DNA of 63,981 nt, the filler included, from Reclinomonas americana ATCC 50394 (lineage: Eukaryota), in NCBI GenBank assembly GCA_048213135.1. It is 4 parts of 3 records of this genome, joined end to end, with 100 filler letters (N's around TTAATTAATTAA, not from the genome) between each part and the next. Parts side by side here need not be neighbours in the genome. Positions count along the whole stretch, not along the records: positions 1 to 27,804 come from PS015280.1; 3 more parts are not named here. One strand, 5' to 3'. The notes below the pieces were generated by a model. It was not told the DNA's origin and ran no database searches. It was given only the letters and a program-made list of their open reading frames with translations. Below are positions 1 to 12,419 of this stretch, piece by piece. Made by a program: the position numbers and the translations under genes. How positions within the stretch are numbered: the first letter of the stretch is position 1; the number at the start of each line of letters is the position of its first letter.

Positions 1-2
1 AC

Positions 3-843
3 TATGAGCCGCGGCGACAGAGCTTCGACTTGCGGCGTGTCCACGGGAGCTCGTCACGACGCTGGTTCCTCATTCGTGAGAGCCTCGGTCTGGGCCATCG
101 GGACTCGCTCAACGCGCAGCGCGACTCGGCGACCAGTAGTCATCGCGACTCGCTGGCCAGTCGCAAGGGATCGAATCGTAGTGTGGTTGACACGTACATG
201 ACACTGCCGCCGCGTGCAGCAGCGGCAGCAGCTGCAGCAGTGGAAACTGGTCAACACTCGCAACTGTCCCCGGGCACGCCAGTTTTCGCTCTCGACTCGT
301 CGAGTGTTGTGTCCAGCGAGTCCACCGATTCTGGCGAGGAGTCGGACATGGAGGCGCTGCCATCGCCGATTGCAGCTCGTGATCGGGCAGATGGCGCTGC
401 GGAGTTTGGCGATCAGACGCTGGCGGATACGCGGCGCATGAGTCGCGCAACGTCTATAGCCACGCCTGGTACCACCGGCGGCGCATTCCAACGAGTTGAG
501 TTTGTGTGTTTGGTGGTGTGTTACAACCTGTCCCGTCGACTCATTCTGCATCAGACCAAGAATGCACTTCTTGTCACTACCACTCTCGCGGCGCAACGTG
601 AACACATGCAACTCTCAGACTTGCGTACTCGTCTGGCCTCCAGAGGTGCGGCGACGTCGGTGCGGTTGCGGCTGCAGACGGTGAGTACTTGTTTGTCACG
701 GGGCTGTTGTTTCGTGCTTGTCCTTATCTCACGAGCCGCAGTGGATCGTCCTGGCCATCATCTTCGGCGTAACGTTGGCACTCTTTGTGACCACATATAG
801 AACCACGCGATTCCAGCTGGCCATCGATGTGGACAGCGGCGTT
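3..843 (+). CDS. Partial membrane protein: Ser-rich low-complexity region followed by a TM helix; possibly part of a TmcB/C-like protein
   Basis: Open frame YEPRRQSF...GGAFQR, intron 495-554 (GTTGAG..CAG), TKNALL...RLRLQT, intron 681-740 (GTGAGT..CAG), then hydrophobic WIVLAIIFGVTLALFVTTY up to the N gap. Confidence 0.5.
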
Positions 844-1645
844 NNNNNNNNNNNNNNNNNNNNNNNNNNNNNNNNNNNNNNNNNNNNNNNNNNNNNNNNN
901 NNNNNNNNNNNNNNNNNNNNNNNNNNNNNNNNNNNNNNNNNNNNNNNNNNNNNNNNNNNNNNNNNNNNNNNNNNNNNNNNNNNNNNNNNNNNNNNNNNNN
1001 NNNNNNNNNNNNNNNNNNNNNNNNNNNNNNNNNNNNNNNNNNNNNNNNNNNNNNNNNNNNNNNNNNNNNNNNNNNNNNNNNNNNNNNNNNNNNNNNNNNN
1101 NNNNNNNNNNNNNNNNNNNNNNNNNNNNNNNNNNNNNNNNNNNNNNNNNNNNNNNNNNNNNNNNNNNNNNNNNNNNNNNNNNNNNNNNNNNNNNNNNNNN
1201 NNNNNNNNNNNNNNNNNNNNNNNNNNNNNNNNNNNNNNNNNNNNNNNNNNNNNNNNNNNNNNNNNNNNNNNNNNNNNNNNNNNNNNNNNNNNNNNNNNNN
1301 NNNNNNNNNNNNNNNNNNNNNNNNNNNNNNNNNNNNNNNNNNNNNNNNNNNNNNNNNNNNNNNNNNNNNNNNNNNNNNNNNNNNNNNNNNNNNNNNNNNN
1401 NNNNNNNNNNNNNNNNNNNNNNNNNNNNNNNNNNNNNNNNNNNNNNNNNNNNNNNNNNNNNNNNNNNNNNNNNNNNNNNNNNNNNNNNNNNNNNNNNNNN
1501 NNNNNNNNNNNNNNNNNNNNNNNNNNNNNNNNNNNNNNNNNNNNNNNNNNNNNNNNNNNNNNNNNNNNNNNNNNNNNNNNNNNNNNNNNNNNNNNNNNNN
1601 NNNNNNNNNNNNNNNNNNNNNNNNNNNNNNNNNNNNNNNNNNNNN

Positions 1646-4600
1646 ACTTTGCTGCACCAAAGCCACCCGCGGCCGCAGTGAGCGCGGCACCTGCAGAACT
1701 CGCAAGTGGCGACGTCGCAGTGGCCATCAGTGCCGGCGACGAGTCCGATGCGTGCTCGCTCTTGGGGCTCAATATGCCTCCAGGAGCGGCCAGCAGCGGA
1801 GTGGAGACGCCTACTGGGCACGCCTCATCGCCGCCGTCTCCGCCGTCTCCGCAGTCATCCTCGTCGTCATCCACATTGACTTCACGGGGCTGACTTGCCC
1901 AACTCGCATCCAATTCTGTCAGTCGGTACTCGTTGTCCTCATGAGCTCCGTCCTCTCGGGCAGGCAATCGCGGTTGTGCATCGTTCTGACGTCCAAGCAC
2001 CACTGGTAGATGCTGCAGCTGGCGAGCGAGCCACTCCGTGTCGCTCTCACCAGTTTCGGCTTCCGCATTCGCCGCAACGGGCGAACCGATCATCGGCGGA
2101 CTCCACGACGCACCGCCTACGATTGGCCGTCGGGTCTGCACAGGCGGCAAGCTGCGCACGTGGGTTGACGCCGAGGGGCGCCGCTCAGAGGGATCAGCCG
2201 CAGTCATGGATCTACGTCGCTCCATTGACTCTGCAGCGGCACCAGGTAGTGCCGCCTGATGCATCTGCTCTGGGATAGGTGGCAGTGGCGGTAGCGACTG
2301 CCCGTGCGTGACGTATTCTTCGCTCAGTGCCCCACCGGCCAGTGATTCGACTTCGCTGGCAGCGCTCTGCAGCATGCCAGGAAGTCTCGAGTCCGCGTGC
2401 GGTGCTCTGCCGGCCGCTGCGTTACTGTGTCGAGTGAAGGCGGGATTCAGCGACGGAGCAAGACGACGAAAGACGATGATGGCCTTGTACGCAACTCTTG
2501 TCGCCTTGCGGTGCCGTTGCGGCGGGTTCGACCACGGCCTCGCCGCTTGTCACGCTTCAGGTGCGACTCGGCTGCCGATTCTTCCTCAATACAATCGGCG
2601 TGACGCGCAACGAGTTTGGCGCTGAACGAACTGCGCAGAGTGCCGTGAGCAACCAGAAAAACACAGCTACAAAGCTGGTGGACGCAACTCGTGGTCAATC
2701 TCATCTAGATACTTGGCGTACGCTCGCAGTACGATTGTTGAACCAGAAGCGTCGCGCAGCAATCCGTCGAGCAGCTTCCGCGATTGTGAACCATAGAGTG
2801 CTGCGCGCACAAAAGGGGTGTGAGACAGAGGAATTGTATCCCTGCCGACGCGACAAAACTCTCACGCACCGAGCTTGCGTGTCACTTCGGTCATGCGATC
2901 CTCGTCGGCGTTATTGTGTGCCAAGAGATTCCAAAACTCCGTCATCAGCGACAGCAGTTGACCTTGAAGCTGCTTGGTCACCGCCACACGCTGTCGCACC
3001 GATTGCTCGAGCGATTGCGCCTCTGTAGTCGTGGCCAAGCGCTGCAATCGGTACGAACGAGCGAAAAAGTTGTAGTCCAGCGCCGACGAGACTGGGACGT
3101 CACTGAGCAGCTGCATGTATATCATCAACTAACAATGAGGAACAAGAACTGTGTGCACAGCTCACACGGTATCTGCAAAAACCAAACCGATAGCAACTTG
3201 GCGTCCACGGCGTATCGACTGTGCGGATCGGCAATCTCGTCCAAGTACTGAACTTGCAGCAAGTGGAGCGAGAAGGAGGCAGGATAATGGTGCAGCGCGT
3301 GCGCGAATACGGCGCGTACGGCTGCCGGGTCCATCGTGGCCAGCGAGAAACGCAGGCGCAGTTCCAGCTCCAACTCCGACTGCGCGTCCTCCACAAAGAG
3401 TCGACAAAAGCCATCGTCGTCTTGTGTAACAACTTTGTCTTCCCATGCTTGCGGCGCCTCGCTATCGGGCACCTGCAGAGGGCGCACGCGCCCACTCCTC
3501 TGCGAGCGCAGAGTCACTCACTCGCACCAAAGTGCACAAGCGAGCATGCTCAACACGTACCGTTGCGGTTAAACAAAAGGTGCTGATGGCGAGACGCCGC
3601 AGTACACCGCGTTCCCTCAACCTGATCAGCAGTGGTGCCACCTGCATGATGGGGAACAGAGTGTACATGAGTCTTTCGACGGAGTAGCATGCTCGGAGTG
3701 TGTGCAAGTGTACGCAACGAGTAGCGCCGCCACTACGGCAGCCCCTTGTGCCAGCGGTTGCCACAAGCTCAGCGCAATACCCGAGAAGAACTGATGGGCA
3801 AACACTGCGGCCGCCAGCATGTTGGATGCCGAGTAGGCAAAGGGGAGAGTGCGCGAACTGCGAGTAGATGGTGATGGTCAGCCAGCACACGCATCACCAT
3901 GGCAGCCACAACACGACGCAACGTATATATGGCACCCAGGGCACCACAGATGATCAAGCAGGCCGCCTGTGACATCATACACAAAAGGTGAGCAACAACA
4001 GGCGTCGACACGTGTGTCTCTTTTGCGGTACTCACCGTCGCTCCGCTGCCACCTTGCACCAGTTGGATCATGGAGCCTGCCGTGATGAGCTCCGCGATAA
4101 GCATCCACACAAGCACACGGCTTTGTGTCGGCACGTTGAAGAAGCCAGTGGGCAGTGCGGTGCGTCGCTGCATAAGGAGGGCGAAAACGGGCAGACCGAA
4201 GAACTGCAGCGGGAGCATGCCGCCGACGAGCAAGCCCAGCGCGAGATACCACAACCAGGCAGATGATGCGGCATGCGCGGCCGACAGAATCACCGTCAAC
4301 GAAAGAGAGAGGACCAGTGGCCAGATGGCGAACGCCACAGGCAGACCAATCGCCAGCAGATCGATAACCAATCGGGCACCGATCAACTCCATTCGAATGG
4401 CACGTCGCAAGGCGATCACCGTGAGCACCACACACAGGATTCCGGCCACCAGCACACACACGCCGAGTGCAACGCTCAGCATCGTCACCGCCCGCAACGA
4501 CATCACGAGCGAGGTCTCGAAGCGCGGCAGCAGCCACCACGACGACAGAACGAACACGAGTGACATGTGCACTGCCACACTGGCCGCCACGATCCACGAG

Positions 4601-4864
4601 GGGCGCTGTGTGTGGCACCGTCTGCGCGCGAGTGGCGGAGGGTGGTGAGCCAGGCAGAGAGATTCGACGAGACAACAAAGAAGGCGGACCTTGTCTGCCT
4701 CCACACGACCTCCTCGATGGCCTCGCGGAAACCAGGCGCACTTTCACAGTCATCCACGCCAATGACAGCTGTTGGACAAGAGCACTGTGAGACGCATATG
4801 TGTGGAGAGAAACGTGGAGGGGAGCGAACGCACGATGCAGTGGCCGGCCAACTGCCGTTTCCAT
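1646..4864 (-). CDS. Multi-pass membrane protein, TmcB/TmcC (tiny macrocysts)-like, 3' partial
   Basis: Several TM helices (ORF 3769-4704), then helical blocks typical of Tmc-type proteins: 'VFAHALHHYPASFSLHLLQVQYL', 'LDYNFFARSYRLQR', 'TEFWNLL', 'LLDGLLRDASGSTIVLRAYAKYL', 'ARHADCIEEE', then a long S/P/A-rich tail into the gap. Start codon and exact exons uncertain. Confidence 0.55.
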
Positions 4865-4915
4865 CTCGCAAACCGCGTGAAAAAATCTAATATCGCGCAC
4901 GCACAAAAACCGTTT

Positions 4916-5989
4916 CTATTTGAACGTTATGGGTCGTCGTCGGTCGAGTTCGTCGAGCAGCAGCACGCGACGATCGTGTACGTAGTGGTATCGGCATTGG
5001 TCGTCTGAGAAGCGCCATGCGCGCCCAATACGCCACGCATCGCGTGCACGAAGCCACTCCAACGCGGCCGACTCACTCGGTGGCGGCGACACGAGCTCCT
5101 GTTCGCGATGACCACTGAGCAACTGGCGCACAATGGCCGCGGCCGCTGCTTCGCCCTCCTCATCAGGGCAGTCACTGATCGCCGTGACAGTAGCGCTGGC
5201 CGGCTGCGACTGTGCAATCGTCACCACCGCTCGCAGCGAGATCCACGGACCGAATGTGGGGTGAATGCAGAGACCTGCGCGCGCGTGTGGGTGGGAGGTG
5301 AGCATGCATGCAGTGCAACAAGTGNNNNNNNNNNNNNNNNNNNNNNNNNNNNNNNNNNNNNNNNNNNNNNNNNNNNNNNNNNNNNNNNNNNNNNNNNNNN
5401 NNNNNNNNNNNNNNNNNNNNNNNNNNNNNNNNNNNNNNNNNNNNNNNNNNNNNNNNNNNNNNNNNNNNNNNNNNNNNNNNNNNNNNNNNNNNNNNNNNNN
5501 NNNNNNCAGCATGTACACCACCACCTGTGGACTGCGAGTAATACGCCAAGCCGCTGACATGCGCCGCGGTGCGTGCGGAGAACGCCTGCCCCGCCGGTCG
5601 CACCACATGCGCATACCGCACCTGCAGCGCATCACCACCACGTGCTGCTGTCGACACAGCGTGCTCCACAAACGCGTCCAGTGGATGCCGCGTCTGCGCA
5701 ATCCACTGCGCGCCACGCTCACGACAAAACGCCACAAAGTGCGGCCACATGGCGCGAGTGTTGCCCACCTGTGGCTGCCATTATCAGCAGTGAAAGCGAG
5801 AGTGAGAGAGGATCATGAGCGAACCAGCACGTGCTGTTTCGAATTCTCCGGCAACGCATACGCGGCGGCCACTGCGGCCGGAGCGTGTCTCCGCAGCTCT
5901 GCATTGTACTGCACCGCGCAGAACGGAGCACATAGGTCCATTCCGTGCGAGGCCAGTCGCTTGCCGAGCGCACTCACAGAGTTGTTCAT
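4916..5989 (-). CDS. MMACHC: Cobalamin-processing protein CblC (cyanocobalamin reductase / alkylcobalamin dealkylase)
   Basis: Motifs 'VGNTRAMW', 'HPLDAF', 'TAAHVSGLAYY', 'CIHPTFGPWISLRAVV', 'WLRARDA...RFSDDQCRYHY'; GT-AG intron between HVL and VGNT; internal N gap. Confidence 0.85.
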
Positions 5990-6369
5990 GCTTTTAATTA
6001 AAAAAAAAGGCCTTTTCTCTTTTTGATGGCACACCAGTGTGATTGTCGCAGTTGCCTGGCGAACCCAGTGCACACCTCCGCGAGTGCAAGTCTCCGAGTT
6101 GTGCTGAGAACGAAGCAATGGGTCCGAACCATGACGTCACACTGTCCCCGGCTGTCCCGCTTCCATACCGCCGCTGCATGTGAGTGCGCTTTTGTTGTGC
6201 TCTGCGTGTCTGTGTGTCTGTTTGCGTGTGCATATGTGTGTATATCATGCGATGCCTTGTGCGTGGGGCATGTTTTCGCGCGTGTTTGTGTGTTGTGCGT
6301 GACATGGGCAAACGTGGACATGCACCATGACAGCTCACTCTTGCTTGCTTGTCTGCACACACGCACAGT

Positions 6370-6402
6370 ATGTCATCGCCACCACCACCACCGCCTCCTG
6401 CT
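6370..6402 (+). CDS. Probable first codons of the RNPS1-like gene (MSSPPPPPPPA), cut by a gap
   Basis: ATG plus Pro run ending in A at the gap; joins naturally to 'AAAPAAAAASK' at the start of the reversed 6627-7310 contig. Confidence 0.4.
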
Positions 6403-6626
6403 NNNNNNNNNNNNNNNNNNNNNNNNNNNNNNNNNNNNNNNNNNNNNNNNNNNNNNNNNNNNNNNNNNNNNNNNNNNNNNNNNNNNNNNNNNNNNNNNNN
6501 NNNNNNNNNNNNNNNNNNNNNNNNNNNNNNNNNNNNNNNNNNNNNNNNNNNNNNNNNNNNNNNNNNNNNNNNNNNNNNNNNNNNNNNNNNNNNNNNNNNN
6601 NNNNNNNNNNNNNNNNNNNNNNNNNN

Positions 6627-7310
6627 GTGCGACACGGCGCGCAACTCCATTGAACCGCGTGCGAGCTTCAGTGGCCTGCTCATGAGTAGCGTACTCCACG
6701 TGCGCCACACCCGACGGGAACCCCTGTCGCATCTCCACATCTGCCGCCTTGATCTCTCCATATGCGCCGAAAATCTCCTCCAAGTGCGCCTTGGTCACTG
6801 CACAACGGAGGCAGTCAGCGCGGCGGGACGTGGGACACAGCGCAACGCAAAAGACAGACGGACCGCTTCGCGACAGGTTCTTGACGTAGACCTTGCGCGG
6901 CGGCGGCGAACGACTTCGCGAGCGTCGCGCGGCCGCCGGCGGTGGAGGCGATCGCTTCCGCGCGGCCGGAGATGGAGACCTGCACACACGCACATTGGCA
7001 CACACACTGTACAGACTCCGCTCGCTCTGTGTGTCTGTGTGACTCACCGGCGACGTGGCGGGGGCGAGCGCGACGATGACGAGAGCGAGCGGGAACGTGA
7101 TCTCCGTCCTGCGCCTGCTGTTGACGTGGCAGCTGCTGCGGATGCTCGCGGAGGTGGCGAGCGCGAGCGCGAGGAGAACGACGAGGACGAGGACGAGGAG
7201 GAGGAGCGTCGACGCGCAGGAGGAGGCGGGGAACGCGACGAGGACGAGGACGACCCCGAACGCGACCGTCTTGTTGTCTTGCTTGCTGCAGCTGCTGCTG
7301 GTGCTGCAGC
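6627..7310 (-). CDS. RNPS1: RNPS1/SR45-like RS-domain + RRM splicing factor, middle part
   Basis: Ser/Arg-rich segment, then RRM 'KVYVKNLSRSVTKAHLEEIFGAYGEIKAADVEM...GVAHVEYATHEQATEARTRFNG' after removing two GT-AG introns. Confidence 0.8.
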
Positions 7311-8204
7311 NNNNNNNNNNNNNNNNNNNNAAAGGGAGAAGGGGGTGAGAGGGGGAAAGAGGAAGGGGGTGAAAGGAGAAGGGAAGTGGAAAGGGTGGGA
7401 AAGGGAGGGAGAGTGAAAGGATTATGAGCGTCCGAGGTGTGGGAATGAGTGGGGAGGCACAGACAAACAGAGATAGAGCGTGCGTGTGCGTGGAGCAGCA
7501 AGTTTGGGGGTGGGGGTGGGGGGTGGGGAAGCTGGAATGTGCCAGTTGCAGAAACGATAGATGGAGAGAAACAAGTAGACTGAAGCGAGTGACAGCGAGA
7601 CAATGAAACGGGAATGGTGCAGAAAGGGAGACAGACGAAAGAATGAGAGTGGCAACATTGGAGTCTTTGAGAGAGGAAGGAAGAATAGAGACATATAGAC
7701 AGTTTGACAGAAGCGCAAGATGGTGGGCGGGAGTGAAAAAAGACAGGCGAGTGGGAGAGAAAGCAAGCAAGTGCCAGAAAGAGAGTCAGAGTTGTCACTC
7801 AAATATGTAAGTACAACGGCAGCAAGGAAGGAAGGGAAGTGAGCTAGTACGGGAGAGACAGAAGCCGAAATGGCGACTGAAACCAATCGTGAGAGAGAGA
7901 GAGATGGAGGGAGGGAGGAAGAATGCATGCAAGTGAGGGAGAAGCTTGAATGCGACTAAGAGAGAATTACGGAGGAGACAGATGGAAAGAAAGCAAGAGA
8001 AAGAGAGATGGCAGGGTGGGGAGAAATCAAGCAAGCACGAACGTGAGATGGACGAAAGAACGATGAGGAGACAAAGCTTACAAACAAACAGACGTGCAGA
8101 AAAACGAGGGAGAGAGCGAGAGTGTGCGAGAGAGCGAGAAAGTAGGATGCGGGGAGAGCGAGAGAAAGTGTGTGTTTAAGATGCTGACTCGCTGCTGTTG
8201 ACAG

Positions 8205-8385
8205 ACCACCGCGCAAGCGCACTCGTCGCTCGCCCTCGTACTCGTCGGCGTCGTCACGCTCGCGATCCATGTCGTCGAGCCGAAGCCGCTCTCCGTTGCG
8301 TCCCAGTTGCATGCGTTACAGGAGCGATGCGCTATAGCTTGCTCATCCTCTTTGTTTCTTTGCACGCAGACCGCCAAAGAAATAA
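8205..8385 (+). CDS. RS/P-rich terminal exons, likely the RNPS1 C-terminus
   Basis: Branch GCTGAC and acceptor CAG at 8204; PPRKRTRRSPSYSSASSRSRSMSSSRSRSP; intron 8295-8369 (GTTGCG..CAG); PPKK* with stop at 8383-8385. Confidence 0.6.
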
Positions 8386-8686
8386 GATGCCGTGCGACGC
8401 CCGCTCTCTCTCTTTCTCGACCTTTCCTTTTCCCCCCTTGTGCGAGGTACTGTTGCTATTGATCCCCATCTCCACACCCTCCTTTGTCTTTTGTTTTTTT
8501 CCCTTCTGGTCGTTGTTGTTGTTGGTTGTCGTCGTCGTCGTCGTCGTGTTGGAGCGATCTCTCATTGCAATAAAGTGTGTGAAGGCGGGAGAGAGAGGAC
8601 ATGTACGCTTTGTCACCACCACCACCATGTGTGAGTGTTTTTTACCAGCATCACGACAATGGAAATGGAGAAACGAGTGGGGGGCT

Positions 8687-9823
8687 CTAGCGGTTGCCTG
8701 CACTCATCATGGCGTGCTGGAGGGCTTGGAAGGTGTTCTGGATGTCCATGAGCTGCGGAAAGGGGATCAGTGAGAGAAGGGCGCCGCGAAGCGGGCAGTG
8801 GAGAAGCATAACAAAGACAGAGATGCAGAGAACCCCAGCAAGGACGCGCGCGCGCGCACGAGAGAGAGATCAACAGAAGAGTGCGATAACCTGGAAGTGG
8901 AGGGGGGAGCAAGATGAAAGACTAGCGAAGGCGAGAACAGAAGAACAAAAAAGAAGAGAGAGTTGCATGCGAGGCGGTGGGAAATGAAGCACCAAAGGAG
9001 AGAACGCAGCAGCGAACAAGGGGAGGATGCGAGAGGAGAGAATTGAGTTGTATGTGAAGCATATCGGAAAGAAGAACCACAGAGGAGGGGAGAAGATGCA
9101 CCAAGAGAAGAAGGAGAGAGAGGCGAAACGCAGAGCAAACAGGAAATGGAGAAAGAGAGCTGCAGAGATGTGAGGTGGGAAGCAGCATGAAAAGGGGGAA
9201 AGAAGAAGTAACAATAATGGGAAGGAGAGAGGCGAAACGAACAGCAAACAGGAAATGGAGAAAGAGAGCTGCAGAAATGTGAGGTGGTGAGACGTGGGAT
9301 GAAAGGGGGGAGAGAAGAAGAAACAATAATGGGAAGGAGAGAGGCGAAACGAACAGCAAACAGGAAATGGAGAAAGAGCTGAGATGTGAGGCAGTGAGAG
9401 GGAGGAAGAGAAGAAATAGAGAGGCGAAGAAGAAAATGCACACCGAGAGAAGAGAGAAAGGACGGCAGAAGCAACACAGGAACGGAAGATGAAGANNNNN
9501 NNNNNNNNNNNNNNNNNNNNNNNNNNNNNNNNNNNNNNNNNNNNNNNNNNNNNNNNNNNNNNNNNNNNNNNNNNNNNNNNNNNNNNNNNNNNNNNNNNNN
9601 NNNNNNNNNNNNNNNNNNNNNCCCTCTCCTTCCTCACACACACACACACACACACACTCACAAGTCATTCCGAATATACTCGATTCGATTACCGACCGTC
9701 TCCTGCGCCTCCGACACCTGCTGCAGCATCAAACACGGCCCAATCAACTTGTACAACTTGGTGTCACTCTCAAGTTGATCAAGTTCCTAAAAAACACAAA
9801 AAAAAACAAACAAACACAGTGAG

Positions 9824-9861
<38 letters not shown>

Positions 9862-10425
9862 CCACACACTGCTCTCTCTCTCACACACACACACTGGCAC
9901 ACACTCTCGCACACACACACACACTCTCTCTCTCTCACACTGGCACACACTCTCGCACACACACTCTCTCTCTCACACACACACTGCTCTCTCTCTCTCT
10001 CACACACACACAACACACACACACTTGCACACACTCTCACAATTACACACTCTTCTTCACATACACTCATTCACTCATTCAAACACACTTGCACACACTC
10101 ACACTCTCTCACACTCACTCCTCTCTCTCTCTCTCACACACACACACACTCTCTCTCTCACAGACAAGTCATTTGCTCATTGTTCTCCTCACGCAACAGC
10201 CTTGACCATGATATTCTCCTGCTCTTGCGTCTCCAGTCGTATGCGGTTGCTCAACAACTGCCCAATCTCTACACAAAACGCGTGTGAGTGAGAGAGAGAA
10301 GGCCATGCACGCGCGTGATCACACACTCTCTCTCTCTCTGTGTGTGACACACCCTTTTCCAGCTCGCGCAACCGTCGCAGCTCGTCCTCGCCCGCCTTCT
10401 GCAACTGCATCAACTCGGCCGCCAT
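8687..10425 (-). CDS. PFDN6: Prefoldin subunit 6 (beta type)
   Basis: Spliced MAAELMQLQKAGEDELRRLRELEK|EIGQLLSNRIRLETQEQENIMVKA|ELDQLESDTKLYKLIGPCLMLQQVSEAQETVGNRIEYIRNDL|gap|LMDIQNTFQALQHAMMSAGNR*; the 'LE.Q..EN..V..EL..L.....YKLIGP' signature is present. Confidence 0.9.
9115..9430. repeat. Degenerate ~110 bp tandem repeat, about 3 copies, in a PFDN6 intron
   Basis: GAGAGGCGAAACG(A)ACAGCAAACAGGAAATGGAGAAAGAG recurs near 9118, 9227 and 9339. Confidence 0.8.
9825..10165. repeat. (CA)n/(CT)n compound microsatellite in a PFDN6 intron
   Basis: Directly visible. Confidence 0.9.
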
Positions 10426-10492
10426 TCTCTCTTATGCACACACAAACACACAAAAACACCAATCGACTGACTTAGTGTTTCTGTTGCTCATA
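10426..10492. promoter_or_regulatory. Very short bidirectional intergenic region between PFDN6 and YAE1
   Basis: Divergent ATGs at 10425 (-) and 10493 (+), 67 bp apart. Confidence 0.55.
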
Positions 10493-12186
10493 ATGGACGA
10501 TGATTGGTGCGACGATGGTGGCGACGATGAGCATGAGCGACACTTGCGCGTAGTCGCCGAGCGAGCAGCTGAGGTAGTCACACGCAGTCTCTTCTTCTTC
10601 TCCTCGTCCTTCTTCTTCTTCTTCTTCTTCTTCTCCTTCTTCTTCTTCTTCTTCTTCTTCTTCTTCTTCTTCTTCTTCTTCTTCTTCTTCTCTCTCTCTC
10701 TCTCNNNNNNNNNNNNNNNNNNNNNNNNNNNNNNNNNNNNNNNNNNNNNNNNNNNNNNNNNNNNNNNNNNNNNNNNNNNNNNNNNNNNNNNNNNNNNNNN
10801 NNNNNNNNNNNNNNNNNNNNNNNNNNNNNNNNNNNNNNNNNNNNNNNNNNNNNNNNNNNNNNNNNNNNNNNNNNNNNNNNNNNNNNNNNNNNNNNNNNNN
10901 NNNNNNNNNNNNNNNNNNNNNNNNNNNNNNNNNNNNNNNNNNNNNNNNNNNNNNNNNNNNNNNNNNNNNNNNNNNNNNNNNNNNNNNNNNNNNNNNNNNN
11001 NNNNNNNNNNNNNNNNNNNNNNNNNNNNNNNNNNNNNNNNNNNNNNNNNNNNNNNNNNNNNNNNNNNNNNNNNNNNNNNNNNNNNNNNNNNNNNNNNNNN
11101 NNNNNNNNNNNNNNNNNNNNNNNNNNNNNNNNNNNNNNNNNNNNNNNNNNNNNNNNNNNNNNNNNNNNNNNNNNNNNNNNNNNNNNNNNNNNNNNNNNNN
11201 NNNNNNNNNNNNNNNNNNNNNNNNNNNNNNNNNNNNNNNNNNNNNNNNNNNNNNNNNNNNNNNNNNNNNNNNNNNNNNNNNNNNNNNNNNNNNNNNNNNN
11301 NNNNNNNNNNNNNNNNNNNNNNNNNNNNNNNNNNNNNNNNNNNNNNNNNNNNNNNNNNNNNNNNNNNNNNNNNNNNNNNNNNNNNNNNNNNNNNNNNNNN
11401 NNNNNNNNNNNNNNNNNNNNNNNNNNNNNNNNNNNNNNNNNNNNNNNNNNNNNNNNNNNNNNNNNNNNNNNNNNNNNNNNNNNNNNNNNNNNNNNNNNNN
11501 NNNNNNNNNNNNNNNNNNNNNNNNNNNNNNNNNNNNNNNNNNNNNNNNNNNNNNNNNNNNNNNNNNNNNNNNNNNNNNNNNNNNNNNNNNNNNNNNNNNN
11601 NNNNNNNNNNNNNNNNNNNNNNNNNNNNNNNNNNNNNNNNNNNNNNNNNNNNNNNNNNNNTCTTCTTCTTCTTCTTCTCCTCCTCCTCCTCCTCCTCCTC
11701 CTCCTCCTCCTCCTCCTCCTCTTCTTCTTCCACTTCTCACATTGTTTTTGCAGAATGCGTTTGTCGATGGTGCGGATGCTGGGCGACAACTGGGCGCACA
11801 GGAGGGCTTTGAGGCGGGTTTCCCCGTGGGCGCACGTGCAGGGTATCGCGTGGGTCGGCTCCGAGGCAATGCCGCGTTGCGTGTTGCTTGGAGGAGGTGA
11901 CAACTCTTTTCTGTCAATCGGTGCTCACTCTTGTGTGCTCAGTGCCTTGCGATTGCTTCGTGCTGCTGGTGGTGGTGGTGGTGAGGAGGAGGTTGATGCG
12001 TTGGTGCAGACGACGGGTAAGCGGAATCCGCGGTTATTGCCGCCGGCGATGCTGCAGGCGCTTGCGGCGGGCGGTGGTGGTGAGGCGGAGGAGGGAGGAG
12101 GAGATGGTAGTTTGCGCGTGTTTTACACGGAGCTGCGGGAGCGTGTGGATGCGTTGTTGGAGCGGAGTGGGGTGAAGCCGGAGTGA
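10493..12186 (+). CDS. YAE1: Yae1-family protein (Fe-S maturation adaptor for ABCE1/Rli1)
   Basis: MDDDW...AERAAE| intron with (CTT)n and gap |NAFVDGADAGRQLGAQEGFEAGFPVGARAGYRVGRLRGNAA: GX3 repeat with QEGF; intron 11876-11942; ends GVKPE*. Confidence 0.75.
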
Positions 12187-12419
12187 AGGTAGAGGTGGAG
12201 GATGAGAAGGGGAGAAAGGAGAAGCTGCAAGACAGGCCGGGGCTGGCAGTGCGAGTCAACAAGCTCGAAGCGATGATCAACGAGGGGAACGCAACGCACA
12301 CATGCACGGATCACAGTGACTACTGCAGAACAACGGATACTCGAGCACACAACAAGATCGCAACAAGCACAAGAGGTGCGGTGCGAGTCCCTCAGGCGCG
12401 ATGATCAAAAGGGGAACAG

